Source of the DNA: Eledone cirrhosa
Taxonomy: Eukaryota
DNA: 64,000 nucleotides
Assembly: GCA_964016885.1 (NCBI GenBank)
Contig: OZ024742.1
Coordinates: 182,528,001-182,592,000 of the forward strand
Reading direction: 5' to 3'
Shown here: piece after piece, positions 41,950-56,471 of the stretch
Layout of the letters: each line of letters opens with the position of its first letter
Numbering within the stretch: position 1 is the first letter of the stretch
Program-made: the position numbers and the translations under genes
Notes under the pieces: model-generated
Database searches by the model: none
What the model was told of the DNA's origin: nothing
Seen by the model: only the letters and a program-made list of their open reading frames with translations

Positions 41950-43203
41950 TTGGAAGAGACATATGTCCAGTAAGAGGCCGCAACCATCCGAATAGCCAAT
42001 CACTTTATGGTATGGTGGGACAAGAAACTATAAACGCGCCTATTATTCACTGTCCTAACTATGTACACCCACTATGTAGACATTAATATAATAGTAAATG
42101 AGCTAGAGATAAACGCCATGAACAGATTCCAGCAAATATCCAACTCACTCCACAAGAAAATTCAAATATCTATAGACTGCTCAACCAAACAACCAAACCA
42201 CAAACTACCTGTCTTAGACAGATAACTCTGGCTTAAAACTAGGAACAATAAAATGGAAATCATCCACTCGCATTAGGTTAAACTCATGGCCACCAAGTTA
42301 CTGGTCCACCGAAGCTCAGCAGTTTCAGATAAAATAGAGATTAATATCTTGATAGCGGACCTGGTAAGAATGTGACCTCCATGTATGAACCTAAGTAATT
42401 AGGGAGTCACATTGAGAACTTAATCGACCGCATGTGGTACTCTGGATACAACCAAAAATTCAGGCTAAAAGCGTCAGAACAAAAGCGAAAAATGGAGCAT
42501 ACCCCATGTTGGAACATAATAGAGAGGATAAGGAAGAAGGTAGATAAGGTGAACTCTTGATGTTACAACTAAATTACCAGAGTGTGATGTTCGTTGATGC
42601 TACCTCCAGAGCCAAATCAACTTATAGATTTAGAAGGGCTTTAAATAAAATAAAACTAAAAATTAAGATAGTAGAAAAACATATTTTTCATGAGCGCTCT
42701 GACCATTAGAACTCAATTAAAAGAAATTCTCTGTATTAATCCAAATTGTATAATTGCAACGTAAACCCACATATAAACTGTAAAACAAAAATATAGTATA
42801 TGCCATAAAGTGTTCAGAGGGACAGTGTAGAAACACGATCATGAGACATATATGAAAACAACTCGTAGTATCGGAGAAAGAATGAAGGAACACAGGCTGA
42901 TACTCAAAGACAATAAAAACTAATCAGTTATCTACCAACATGCTAAATTGGAACATGGTGGCTCACTAGAAAACATTCAGATAAGAATCTTATCTACACA
43001 CCGAACAGACGCATATAACAGAAAATAAACCCAACCTCAATATAAAGCAAAGATTGAATAGCAACAAATTCTCAAACGAATGACTAATTGAAAAAATGTT
43101 AAGACACATAATAAATACAAAATAATACACAAGCAGGGGTACCATCCTAGATAGAATATAGGAATAGAATGATAACCACCAAGTAACAGGTCGAAGAGAA
43201 AAG

Positions 43204-43284
<81 letters not shown>

Positions 43285-43490
43285 CGCGCAAAAGGTGGAG
43301 GAGAAACCGGACATAAAGTCACACATACATAGTCATACACATACAGATGCCAAACACAATAGCCCATGGATGTAGTAGCACACAAAGTTTCACACACAAA
43401 CACAAAGGCAACATGCAAGCGCAGATTATAGAGGAGCTTGAACAACTAATGAGACTGTTGCAGAGTGTGTGACGAATGAGTTTTGACAAT
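41950..43490 (+). mobile_element. Penelope-like element relic (RT plus GIY-YIG endonuclease), TA-flanked
   Basis: From 41992: IANHFMVWWDKKL, YTHYVD-INII, NSLHKKIQISIDC, KLPVLD, KLMATKLLVHRSSA, ILIADLVRM, DRMWYSGY; then NCKTK..VYAIKC, TTRSIGERMKEH, VIYQHAKLEH and NKPNLNIKQD; stops and frameshifts throughout. Confidence 0.88.
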
Positions 43491-43585
43491 TAAATATATA
43501 TATATGTATATATATCAGAATGGAAGCGGTAAAAATCAGTTAGGCCATTACTCACGAAAGTACTCGATACTTGGGCGATTTTTTC

Positions 43586-43621
<36 letters not shown>

Positions 43622-43964
43622 ATATATTTTATAGATGTATAGAAAGGGACACACAGCAGTCAACTTGCTGCTACCAAGATGAAAACTACTATGAAATCCA
43701 ATACTGAATTTTATACTTGAATTTTCGAATCTCAAATTTTAACTCTTCTTATTATTAATTTTTCTTAATATTAATCAACATTTGAAAAGATGGCTTTTGC
43801 AGACCCATCGAAACGGTCATTTTTTATACCCTTTATTCTTTCCTTACCTTATAAAATTATATGTTTTTTCACAAAAAAGTATTCTGTCTCTTATATATTC
43901 CATGTGTCATTACCAACCTCAATTTTCTCTATAACCTTCGTTTTGTGTAGAAACTTACATTTTC

Positions 43965-43995
<31 letters not shown>

Positions 43996-44040
43996 AAAAC
44001 GAAGAATCAGTGATGCATCGAAACACAATTTATTAACATA

Positions 44041-45193
44041 CTAGCAGCAGGACCGGCGTTGCACCGAGTAGGAAACGTGAAATAGCAACCCGCATATGCA
44101 AAGATTAAGGAATGTAGCAGTGTACTTTTTCAATTCCCTTATTCTCAGGGAATGATTGTTCGTCTACTGGAAATGTAGAACGCCAGCAGGCCGAATGCAG
44201 TAATAGCAGTGTCAGTGGGCTGATTGCGGAAATGTTGTATGCAAAAGGAGTAAGTAAGTGTTGTGGGGCGATGTACGTCTGCTTCCGAATTACGTCACGA
44301 ATGGGGAAGGCACGTCAGTCTGAAGGAGCGACGTAGTCAATTGTGTGAAAACTAAGTAGGGATGTACGTTTAAGTAGGGATATTGAGATGACGAAATCAG
44401 CGTTGCAACGCAGCTGCAGCAGAAGGGGGGGGGGGGGTCATAGTGCAATTAGCACAAACGCTGGGCGGCACTCGTTGCACTGCGTTTACACAGCAACAAA
44501 GGTGCGTCAAAAGGGGTCACCGCGGAATTAGCACAACAGCTGTTTGGCGTACTTGCGCAGGGCGTTCATACTGCGGTGTAGGTACAACAAAAGGGGTCTT
44601 AGTAGAAGTAGCACAGACGTGAGTTTTACGATTTCAATAACACAACAACGTACAGAGAGCTCGGATTTGTACGTCATGAAAGTACGAAGCGTCAATAGAC
44701 CGCCGAAAAAAATTTTAAGGTCCTCCTCATTTCTTCAATTCCCGAAAATGGTCCTGCTTAAAAGTAAGTAAGTGTTGTGTCCTCTGTTAAATAAACCAAA
44801 TTTTTAACAAAATAGTATACGCTACTTACGATATTTAAGTAGCGTTTATATTGAAAATGAAAATGGTATGCAATGATCAATGCTAATTCGTAAATTTCCT
44901 AGAAACCTTTAATGGAATCGGAAAATTTTTTTTTTTTTCTTCCACAGCAATGCGAGGAGACTAACTCATGTATGCTGCAAATTTCGATGAAATCGGCTGG
45001 ATTATCATTAAGTTACGCCTCAAAAAAGCCTCAAAATGCCTTTAATGCGGGCCCTAGGGCAAAAAAGTTAAAATTATTTTAGCCCATTGCACGAAATATA
45101 AGTGACCCATGTGTAAAGTTTGAAAAAAATCGGTCTGGTACTTCTCGAGTTTAGGGAATTACACAGACATCCTCTGTTTTATATATAGAAAGA
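44041..45193 (-). mobile_element. Non-autonomous Helitron
   Basis: The minus strand starts TC (45193-45192) and ends CTAG (44044-44041), with a subterminal hairpin at 44054-44066. Inserted between A and T with no TSD; the flanks rejoin into a family C element. Confidence 0.88.
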
Positions 45194-45281
45194 TTATAAT
45201 TGTTTCTCCGGCAAACAGCTCGAGGTACGATCTATTTGTGGATCGAACATGACTCTGGATTCGCAAGTTCCTCAGATACGT
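45194..45281 (-). ncRNA. Decayed family C hammerhead split by the Helitron
   Basis: Reverse complement ACGTAT-CTGAGGA...GAAA-CAATTA-TA-A|Helitron|TATGT. Confidence 0.65.
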
Positions 45282-45381
45282 CTAGCGACTTTGAAGCAAA
45301 TCTTATAATATTATACTCCGCTCTGAAGGAGCATAGAGTGCTCAATCGGCATACCGCCTATGGACTCATCTAAGCGACCTT

Positions 45382-45603
<222 letters not shown>

Positions 45604-46299
45604 ATATATATGTATATATATATATATATATATGCGATGAAATACAGGTATACGTTTTTTGTAGGTAATCTCATGCTTTTGTATTGCACATACGAAAAGG
45701 AAAAGGCAACTCACCAGTTTAGTTGTGCTCTACGTAGTCAACTGAACTGTTTAAATATCACTGTGTAAGCTAATAGATTATATAATAGTACAGATTTAAC
45801 AGGCCAGAAGTTACGTAATGTATTGAAACACGTGTAAGAGAATTTCAAGTATTAATAAATGTAATATTGAACATCAACAAATGTGATTTATTTTTTCTAA
45901 CAAACAATATATTCTCTCTCTATATATATGTGTGTGTGTGTGTGTGTGTATAATTCACACACACACGCACACAAATGTATATTTATTTTAGATTCAAATT
46001 TTACTTGGTCGACTAAAACAATCCCCTATTGGTGATAATGTCTGCCTCTGTGTATCTGTGTGTGTGTGTCTGTGTTTATATATTTGAATGTATGCTTGTG
46101 TATGTGTGTGTGTTTGTACATACTGTTCATTTAACGCTATAGAAGACACGATTTTCTAGTAACTCGAAAACAACATCAATGGTCACTTACTGCCTGGCGA
46201 CATAGCGCCTGTCACTGCTGGGATGGCAAAGGATACCATTGAATAAAGGATTTCATGAAGAGTATCTTGTCTTACAGTATACTTGGGAGTGGCCTTGAA

Positions 46300-46467
46300 T
46301 AATTGTTTCGACTTTTGGCACAAGGCCAGCAATTACCCAGTGCATTACTGGTACTTTATTTTATCGACCCCGTAAGGATGAAAGACAAAGTTACACTCGA
46401 CAGGATTTGAACTCAGAATGGCAAGGGCCGTAACTCTATGCATCAAAGCATGGCGTCCGACCCTCTA
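46300..46467 (-). mobile_element. tRNA/Nin-domain SINE
   Basis: Reverse consensus match, slightly 5'-truncated. Confidence 0.9.
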
Positions 46468-46899
46468 TGATCTGTAGTAATAGACGATACGAAACAGACC
46501 ACTACCAGCACCATCATCAACACCACTACCAACCACCAACGCCACCAACACTACCACAAGTAGCACCTTCAAACACTACTGTCACTAGCACCACTTCCAA
46601 CTACCAACATAACCACCACTCCCAACACTCCCACTGATGCCCCTAACACTACCATCTCCACTTCTACCACCAACAACAACCACCACCAATCATGGCTACC
46701 ACCATCACTAAAAAACTGACGTCGTGATTAGAGAAAAGGAATCAATATATCCTTATCTGGGGATTATATCGTTTAAAAAATTATTAAACGTAAATTTAAC
46801 AAAACCCAAGAGGAATCGAATTTTATTTCTTGCACATCGTGTGTTTATGTGTACGTATAAATGCATATATGTATGCGTATGTGTGCGCGGAAGCATATA

Positions 46900-46959
<60 letters not shown>

Positions 46960-47314
46960 TAAAGTTAGTCCTTCATCAGTGAACTTCCAACCATCGTTGG
47001 TATTTCATCGCTTTAAAGACCATATACCTCCGGTTGGCGCGAGCAACGGCTAAAAAAAGTCGTTGGGACACGTAAATAAAGGGGACACGAGAGTGTAAAC
47101 AAACAAAGATGGTGAAGCAACGAAAAGTGAGGAAGAAGGAGTCAAGTCCCAAATTTCCATGAATATAAGTTCGGTGAAATCGTGAACGAGAGAGACTAAA
47201 GACCATCAAACCTGGTTGGAATGTGAGCAAGGAAGGAATTCCGTACAGGTCTAACGGGAGGAAGAAGGGATCTAGTCTGTTAATTCGGTGAACGTAAGTT
47301 CTGTGAAATCGTAG

Positions 47315-47452
<138 letters not shown>

Positions 47453-47455
47453 TTA

Positions 47456-47605
<150 letters not shown>

Positions 47606-47612
47606 AATATAA

Positions 47613-47671
<59 letters not shown>

Positions 47672-47702
47672 CATATATATACATATAAATATGTATATAT
47701 AT

Positions 47703-47870
47703 AGAAAAGATAACAAGGACGATTGGTTATTCCTTCATTACATTTATTGGTAGGTGACGTGCGTTTCGCCACTGATCAGCTCAAGGTTCGATCTGTATCG
47801 ATCATACCCGACTCAATAATCCGCAGCTCGACGGACCCCTTAAAATGCTAGTAGAAAATTTTCTACTAGC

Positions 47871-47873
<3 letters not shown>
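47703..47873 (-). mobile_element. Family C HHR element (core mutated to CCGTCGA) with a perfect 30-bp terminal palindrome
   Basis: Closely matches 60190-60313; AATGCTAGTAGAAAA|TTTTCTACTAGCATT at 47844-47873; TA tracts on both sides. Confidence 0.8.
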
Positions 47874-47944
<71 letters not shown>

Positions 47945-48209
47945 TATTAAAATGTGTGTTTGTGTTTGTGTGTGTGTATCTATGTGTGTGAGTGTGTGTG
48001 TCGAGGTTTTTATTTGTGTATATCTATTGTTAATTTAACTTTATCATTGATCTATCAAGAATTATCTATTACAAACTACTTATACTCTATTTATACACCC
48101 TATATGTACTCCCCCCCCCCATCGCTCCCTCTGTATGTATATATATATAACCAAATATTAATATATATATATATAACCAAAGATTATTATATATATATAT
48201 ATATATAAG

Positions 48210-48396
48210 GGTGGTGGATTGGCAGTATCGGTAGAGGGTCGGACGCCATGCTTTCCAGCATAGTTACGTCCCTTTACGATCTGAGTTCAAATCCCGCCGA
48301 GGTTGACTTTACCTTTCATCCCTACGGGGTCGATAAAATAAAGTACCAGTAATGAACTGGGTATGTGTTGGTCTTGTGCCTAAAGTAGAAACAATT
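48210..48396 (+). mobile_element. tRNA/Nin-domain SINE
   Basis: Full-length consensus match. Confidence 0.92.
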
Positions 48397-48503
48397 ATAT
48401 ATATATATATAACCAAAGATTAATATATATATATAACGAAAGATTAACTGCCAATATTGGAATTGAACCACCAAGACAGTTGAGGTATGTCATACATCAA
48501 TTC

Positions 48504-48576
48504 ATATATTTTATCTGATGAGGACGTACTGAAAAAAAGAGCACAGACCCTCCGAAATATATATAATAAAATATAT
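48504..48576 (+). ncRNA. Type I hammerhead ribozyme (family B)
   Basis: ATATATTTTAT-CTGATGA(48515)-GGA...TCC-GAAA(48554)-TATATA-TA-ATAAAATATAT; 11-bp stem I. Confidence 0.82.
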
Positions 48577-48613
48577 TTTGATTATGTGAACGTATTCATT
48601 TATTAATATTTTG

Positions 48614-48671
<58 letters not shown>

Positions 48672-48694
48672 GTATATATATATATACTATAAAG

Positions 48695-48875
48695 CTATAA
48701 AGTGTCATGGCCCCGACGGCACATATCTTGCCGTTTGAACAGCCAGTTCCAGCTGGAACTGGCTGTTCAAACGGCAAGAGCTCAGCCGTCGGGATCCTGA
48801 CTCTTTAAAATATACTCATACTCTACTACACCAAGTAACTAGTACTCTGTTGAGTAATTGTCTAACCAGTTTCAC
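48695..48875 (+). mobile_element. Diverged family X element with a foldback
   Basis: Perfect 27-bp-arm palindrome at 48726-48779, extending imperfectly to 48712-48793; shares GAGCTCAGCCGTCGGG with the 6.6-kb copy. Confidence 0.65.
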
Positions 48876-51156
48876 TGTAACCAGTAGCACGCAATGCTAA
48901 AGCAGTTAAGAAATTGTTCCTCAGAGTGAACACAATTAGTTAGGTAAAAGTGACATAAGGAATAATGCGACCAGGGGCATGTTGCCACGTTAATACTACA
49001 ACAACGTATGTTTTTCCAAGTAAGTAGATGGTGTTTGTTATGCTATCACTAAAAGAATCATTGATGGTCGTTTAACTCTTTTGAATAATTTACATAAACT
49101 ACAACAGAGAATCAACACCAGAAAATCAGAGTATATTTCAATCAAGGCATCTGATAACAGCATTTGTTATCTTTACGTATCCAATTCCAATTTCATATTC
49201 ATATCCTACAACAGAACTTCTCGAACTTTTTACTTGATAGAAATCTTGTAACATATTAACTTCTATTCACCCCACTCTCCAAACAAATTGTTCTAATACT
49301 AACTAGCCCCATAGAAATTCACCGGTTGTTGGTTCCAAATACACATTAGTTTCTCTGACATATATTCGTTTCGTCATTGGAATATTAGATCATTAATAAT
49401 CATTATTATAATTTAATTGTTCCTGATACACAGTGGTTTTAGTGATAGGTTTTCTTTATTTTCCTTGCTTATTGGTATTAACTATCCTAACAAAAACGTC
49501 AGTTAATTTGCTAACCCTAAATGTTTTAAAATAACCGTCCATGACCAAAGTTTTACCCTCTGTTTAATTGATTGTCATTCATTATGCTAATCTAACTGGA
49601 AACTTAATTATTTGTAAAGAATTCAGACGACATTTAAATGCACTAAATTGCGTGCGTTAAATGATTGACGATTAAAGAAAAATTATATAATTGTTAGAAA
49701 AAAAGCAACAGATTTCGCTTTTGCCTACCTTACCATAATTACTACCGCCACCTACTGCAATTCTGTGTGTGTGCGTTTTATTATGTCAGTAACACACAGT
49801 AAGTAAATAGACTTCTCTTTCCTTTGCCTCATACTTCCCCTGCCATCAACACATTTAAATGACCTTCATTTTCTCTTCTCTTATACCATTACTGTCTTCC
49901 CTTCCACACTCTACTTTATTTGTTTTTCCCAACACCATTTCTACTACCCCAAACATCAACACTTCCTCTTTTTTTACCACCTTTCTTTCATCCCTTTCAC
50001 ATACGGACAAGTGTAATAATTTTATTGAAGTTATCAGCGTTTGATAAAACACGAGAAAATAATCCAAAAACTTTATATGCAACGAATCTTTTGGTTAGGG
50101 CCGGATCATTCTTCATTTACATGACCCGTTTGGTTTGACTGGATCATTCGTAAACGGCATATCACTAGCGGCCGTAACACACAATCCGGCATTCTGTTAG
50201 ATGTACGATATCTAAACTGGTCTATATAATCCACCGATTCTCGTACCTCCCTTGTAAAGAGAGTAATAAATGTAAACTAGTAAATTCACCCCTATGGACA
50301 CCTTTGCTTTTATTAACCTCTGCCAAACGTTTATTCACACCTTGTATTCTATATGGGCTACATATAGAAGCTCTGCCCAACACACTTGCAAGGCTCCAAC
50401 GTTTTGGACAAATTGTAGTTTAATAAATGAACCTCTATACTTAACTGGTACTTTACTTTAAAGACTTCGGGCGGATGAAAGCAGAACATTGACAATGGCG
50501 AGTTTTGACTTAAGAATGTGCAAGTTCCTAACTAAATATTGTCAATGTACCGCCCTCCAAGGGCATTCTAATACATATTTCTAATTTAGGCACAATTTAG
50601 GGCAAGGACAAAGTTGATTAAATCAACGTCAGTACTTGATTGGCTGGAAAGCAAATTTGAGTTTTTGCGATTTGAACTCAGAATATAAAGAAAGAGCTAG
50701 AACAAATATTGCTATAGAATTTTATACGACGCTCACCAATTCCGCCAATCCACCACCTTCCATGGTATTCTTATATTACAACGCCAAAGCGTTGACAGTG
50801 ACACAATTACATTTTAGCCACTTAGCAATACAAACATACGTCACATTTCCTTTTTTGTTTCATTTTGTTATATAATAAAATACATTATCAAGAACCTTCG
50901 TCATATGTTTATAATCTGGCCACTGACACTATTTCATCGTAATGAAACTGATGACGTTAATTTAGAATATGATCTATTAGTCTTAGAATATTAATGTTAA
51001 TGTTAAATGTGGTCTTGATGGCCGATTACATATTCTTTTACTATTTTACTGGCTTCTTTTATAATTCTATTGGTTTCGGTCATTAGACTTCAGCTATCAA
51101 CATTACAATACGAACTTACTGTGGCAAATCTGTGAACTGAAATATGTTTGTTTGTT

Positions 51157-51233
<77 letters not shown>

Positions 51234-51235
51234 TT

Positions 51236-51299
<64 letters not shown>

Positions 51300-51313
51300 T
51301 TTAGTAGTAGTAG
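51157..51313. repeat. (TAG)n microsatellite
   Basis: Read directly from the sequence. Confidence 0.97.
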
Positions 51314-51436
51314 GAGTGAACTTAAAAGATGATCCCCCCGTCTTGTCGCCGGGATTATATTAACCTATGTGGTTCCTTAAATGGCGATGTGTGATAGTTG
51401 TTGCTGTTGCTATTGTTCGCAATCAATATTATCCCC

Positions 51437-51690
51437 GACTTGTTGACAATCATTGCCGTCTATGATTTTTCTGTGATCTGCTGTCGGTGACTTGTTAGAA
51501 ACCAATGCAAACTCTGAATTGTTAGCAATCCATGTCGTCTGTGACATGTTAGCAACCCATCCCGTATCACTTGTTAGCAATCCATGCAATCTGTGATTTG
51601 TTAGCAATCCATCCGTTGTGACTTGTTAACAATCCATGCCGTCTGTGAATTGTTAGCAATGGACGCCGTCAGCGTCAGTTAACAATCCCT
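51437..51690 (+). repeat. Degenerate 25-27-bp minisatellite
   Basis: Unit ~TTGTTAGCAATCCATGCCGTCTGTGAC, about 8 copies. Confidence 0.8.
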
Positions 51691-52080
51691 CACTCATGTT
51701 ACAACCACTACATCACTATTGTATTATATTTAGACTAATCATAAGTATGTCATCTGTGGTTATTGACCACAGAACCTACAGTTGTTCAATATATCATGGA
51801 TAATCAGATCTTAGAAAATCCTAACAGTTGTGCATTTGTTGTCCTAATCTAACGAAATTAATCTCAATAATCCTCACCTCCCTGCAATCTGCTCATCAAT
51901 GAGCAGTAATTAAACTAGTTAAGTCTTCTTATCTAACCGAGAAATATCCTTTCTATTCTTTTTAGCTCTTAATGTTTTTAAATGAACTAGTTTATTATCT
52001 CACTAGATATGTGTGTAAGCTTTCAACGATGACAATTTCTCTGCTGCTCAATCGCTATATTTGTGTGCCTGACAATGAAT

Positions 52081-52151
<71 letters not shown>

Positions 52152-52677
52152 TGTGTGTGTGTGTGTGTGTGTATGTGTGTATGTGTGTATATGTGTGCGT
52201 CTGCGTGCTTTATTTTTATCCTTTGCCCTTTTCTACAAATAATCGTCAATCGTTAAATCAAAGACGATACTACATTACAATTGAACGCCTGGTTGGCCTG
52301 TAAAAGACAGAAGGCTTGTGCATATTTACTTCTGCAATGGCTGCTATGAACGTCGCTGCGGGCGGAAAGGGAATTGATTTTTTTCTCCTTTGAATACAAG
52401 GCCTCCATTTTTATTTATTTATCTATCTGTTTATTTATTTTATTATTTTTTTATTTTATATTTTATATTTTATATTTTACTTTATTATTTTATAATCCAG
52501 TTATTCCCTTCCTTTGAAGCACTTTTCAATGTAGAATGATGGATAATCTCTCGTGGTGAAGACATGCGTTATATTCCGATTTTGTCGTCGTCGTCGTTGT
52601 TGTTTTTGTTGTTGCTGTTGTTGTTTTTTTCTTCTTCTTCTTCTTCTTCTTCTTCTTCTTCTTCTTCTTCTTCTTCT

Positions 52678-52712
<35 letters not shown>

Positions 52713-53762
52713 CTCTTCTCCTTCTTCGTTTTCTTCTTGTTTTATTATTATTATTGTTGTTGTTATTGTTTTTTCGGTTGTTGTTGTTGTTTCTTCGTTC
52801 AGATTCTAACGCTGGAGATGTAATAGAGTGTTAGCTGTTCAGTTACCAGTACTGAGGTAATACCCCTTATTTTTCGAGTACTCTCCGTAGTATTCGAGCT
52901 GATTCAAGCAATGCTTCTTCTTCTTCTTCTTCTTCTTCTTCTTCTTCTTCTTCTTCTTCTTCTTCTTCTTCTTCTATAAACACCAATAATACACGTTTGC
53001 CACACACTAAATACTAACCGCTTCATTTCCATTTTATGAAATACCTTAATAATAATAATAAATTGTTTCGTTTTTTTGTTTTGCAGTCATGAATAAATTT
53101 TGAATAATATTTTTGTCGGGAGTTAATTCGTTCTCCATTAAATTCATAAATCTCGTAAAGTCTCTGTATTTTTCAATATATCCATCTGTGAAATTTGTTG
53201 GATTAGCTATAAAACATACATAATCAGCTGAGAAACTGCCACCTGTTAAAGTTTGTTATCCCGTCACTATACATTCCACCTCACTATAACTGTTTCTATT
53301 ATCTTAGGCAATTAAATACCTTAGATACACAATACTCAGTCGCCTACTTATCTGATGATTTTACCAAACATTAATACTTTACTTTATGCAAGTACAGAGA
53401 CGGCGAAATGGTAGAGTATTTAGTTTCAAACGTCGGCTAGAAAGATTTGTGCTAATCCCCACAAGCTCCCTGCTTTCTGAGTTCAAATCCTGCCGACCTC
53501 AGCTTTGTCTTTCATCCTTTTGATGATATATAATATAACAATTCTACATGTGTAATACATGTTCTATACCTAAAGTAGTGGAGTAGAGCGGTGTAGTTAG
53601 AATATTTTAATACATATAATGCATTTTCTATAGCGTACCTATTGGTGTAACTAAATTCGAGATACTTGAAGTTTCGTAACATATTTTAAACTATTCCTTA
53701 CACTAGCTGGCCCAGTAGGAATACCATGTATTAAATACTAATTTGGTATTTACAATGTTGTG

Positions 53763-53824
<62 letters not shown>

Positions 53825-53885
53825 GTAATTCCGTCGGAAAGGTCCAGGAAAAAAGAATGCTCTCTGTAAGTTACAGAGCTTATTA

Positions 53886-54069
53886 GTTATGTAATAAACA
53901 ACATAAAATAATTATTTCATTTACCAGTGGTCTCTTGAAAGCAACCAAAATTGCTTTCATTTATCGGAATGACACCAGGATTTTTTCATTCTGATGAATG
54001 AAAGCAATTTTGGTTGCTTTCAAGAAACCACTGGTAAATGAAATAATTATCTTATGTTGTTTATTAAAT

Positions 54070-54072
<3 letters not shown>
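53886..54072. mobile_element. Head-to-head inverted duplication of an HHR-bearing unit (87-bp arms, 13-nt loop)
   Basis: HHR on +: TCATT-CTGATGA(53991)-A-TGAAAGCAA/TTGCTTTCA-A-GAAA(54024)-CCACTGG-TA-AATGA. About 5 mismatches between arms; followed by (TA)n. Confidence 0.82.
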
Positions 54073-54144
<72 letters not shown>

Positions 54145-54258
54145 TCATCCTTTTCCATTTTAGAGGGTTTTAAACCAGACTAATATATTATTTGGCTAAC
54201 TTCATTATTATCCCAGGTTAACTTCATTTAGTCAAAATACGGCGAAAGGTTCTATTTA

Positions 54259-54306
<48 letters not shown>

Positions 54307-54993
54307 CACAAATAATATATTGGTCTGATACTTTAAAAACAAAACTTCAGTGTTGCCTCTACCATCACCCTGGGTCTAAGCAACAACAATAACACTTCAT
54401 GATATAAATTATTTGCTCTAAATTAAAACTGCAGTAGATTTGTAGCACATACAGTGAGACGTGTGAAGTAAAAATAAAAAAAAACGGTCTTCCTCTTTCA
54501 TCCTGTTGAGTATTCCCAAATAAAACTTACTACGCACTCCCGGTCATTTTGTTGAGATGAAACAGAACAATACCTCAGCCATTCAGGCGAAACTATAAAA
54601 CCGCCCAACCGATCACTACTACCATTTGTTCGGTGTAATATTACACAGAACAAGCAGCTAATATAAATTACATTTTAGTATTTTTATAGCATGGAAATGG
54701 AACTACATGAAATATATAATAAAACAACAACAACATCAATAATAATAATAATTTGTAATAATAATAATGACAACAAAAACAACAATAATAATGGACTGTC
54801 GTGCACGCACCACACTACGTGAGATTGTAAATTAAGCAAAAATACATTGTATCCAATACTGAGGATAAAAATAGATTTTGAAGGGAAACACAATAACCAA
54901 GAACCCGATTCATTTTACTATTTTTTACAGCGCACACACATTCATAAACACGCACATAAAAATGTATGTATGAGTGTATGTATGTATGTATAA

Positions 54994-55028
<35 letters not shown>

Positions 55029-55085
55029 GTTTAATAAATGAACAGATTCAAAATAGGAGGGAGGCACACAGGATAACGGACAGTC

Positions 55086-55167
<82 letters not shown>

Positions 55168-55994
55168 GCGCGTGTGTGTCGACAGAATAAAACACTTAGA
55201 AGCAGAGTAGAGTGTATATCATTAACACTTTTAGGCAAGGATCAAGATGAAAGAGAACTCAGTACGTGGGTTGCATGTGAGTACATTTAATATTGTGTAA
55301 TAGTCCAGCTTTTCACTCTGTTACTTGAAATATAATACCCTAAGGGTAATCTTTAGGTAATCTTTAGGTAATCTTTAGACAGAAATGTTGAAGTGTTAAA
55401 TGGAAGTGTTAAAGTCTCATAGTAGATTTCTCTGATATAAGATGCATACGTGTGTGTGTGAGTGAACTATGCGAAGCAAGCAGTTATATTTAAATACACA
55501 CACACAAACCAGGAATTTATAGAACAATTGATATTTTGAGGTACACACTCCTATCAGAAAAAAGAAAACGATTTGACAGAAACCCCAGGCAAATTTCCTT
55601 CAAATTGTATCCCACCATCTGAAAAACAGAATGGCGCAATTGATAAAATTATTCAGAGAAACACTGACTTAAATAAAAACGGAATGTTCACGATTTGAAT
55701 ACCATTGAACAATATAACGAATAAGTTACATACAATCAATTCTATGTTTTTGTGTAAACTATTCTGAATCTTTATGGCATTATTTGTTCAAACGTACAAA
55801 TTACCAGATCTTTATCGAATTTACATAAAGATTTGACAACAAAAACATTTAACTGAGCTTTATCAGTCCTTTATTGCTTTTCTTTTTAGTTTAGTTTTCT
55901 CTCTTGTTTTTGTTTCAACTTATATATTAAGGGGTACTTGATACTTTTCTCACTCTGACATGTCTTACCAACTTAACACTGACACTTGAATTGA

Positions 55995-56026
<32 letters not shown>

Positions 56027-56282
56027 AACAATAGAACAACAATATCATCAACAATAAGTCTTTATATGGAAATGCCATACTACCAGGAGTGTTAAATGAT
56101 ACTACCTTTATCAATATAAATGTAAATAGAACCTTGTGAATGAGGGTTAGTTGGTCAATATAACAATTTGATACATTTTTACCTGATCGATTGTATCAAA
56201 TTTATTTCATCTGAAGAATTTAACCAGGTATATTTCTGGTTATTATTTTATTGATTAAGTGGTGGGTGGTGAATTGATTGAT

Positions 56283-56471
56283 GGGTGGTTAATTGGCAGT
56301 ATCGGTAGAGGGTCAGACGCCATGCTTTCCAGCATAGTTATGTCCCTTTATGATCTGAGTTCAAATCCCGCCGAGGTTAACTTTGCCTTTCATCCTTACG
56401 GGGTCGATAAAATAAAGTACCAGTAATGTATTGGGTAATTGCTGGGCTTGGGCCAACAAGTAGAAACAATT
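56283..56471 (+). mobile_element. tRNA/Nin-domain SINE with an 18-bp TSD
   Basis: TSD ATTATTTTATTGATTAAG at 56242-56259 and 56469-56486. Confidence 0.92.

Noticed and set aside
46960-46985. CTGATGA on the minus strand next to a TA tract
   Set aside because: No downstream GAAA or stem III before the microsatellite.
49100-49700. Possible minus-strand GIY-YIG relic (RIYVRET)
   Set aside because: Too degenerate to support beyond one motif.
56211-56245. CTGAAGA followed by a hairpin
   Set aside because: No GAAA or UH follows, even after removing the adjacent SINE.
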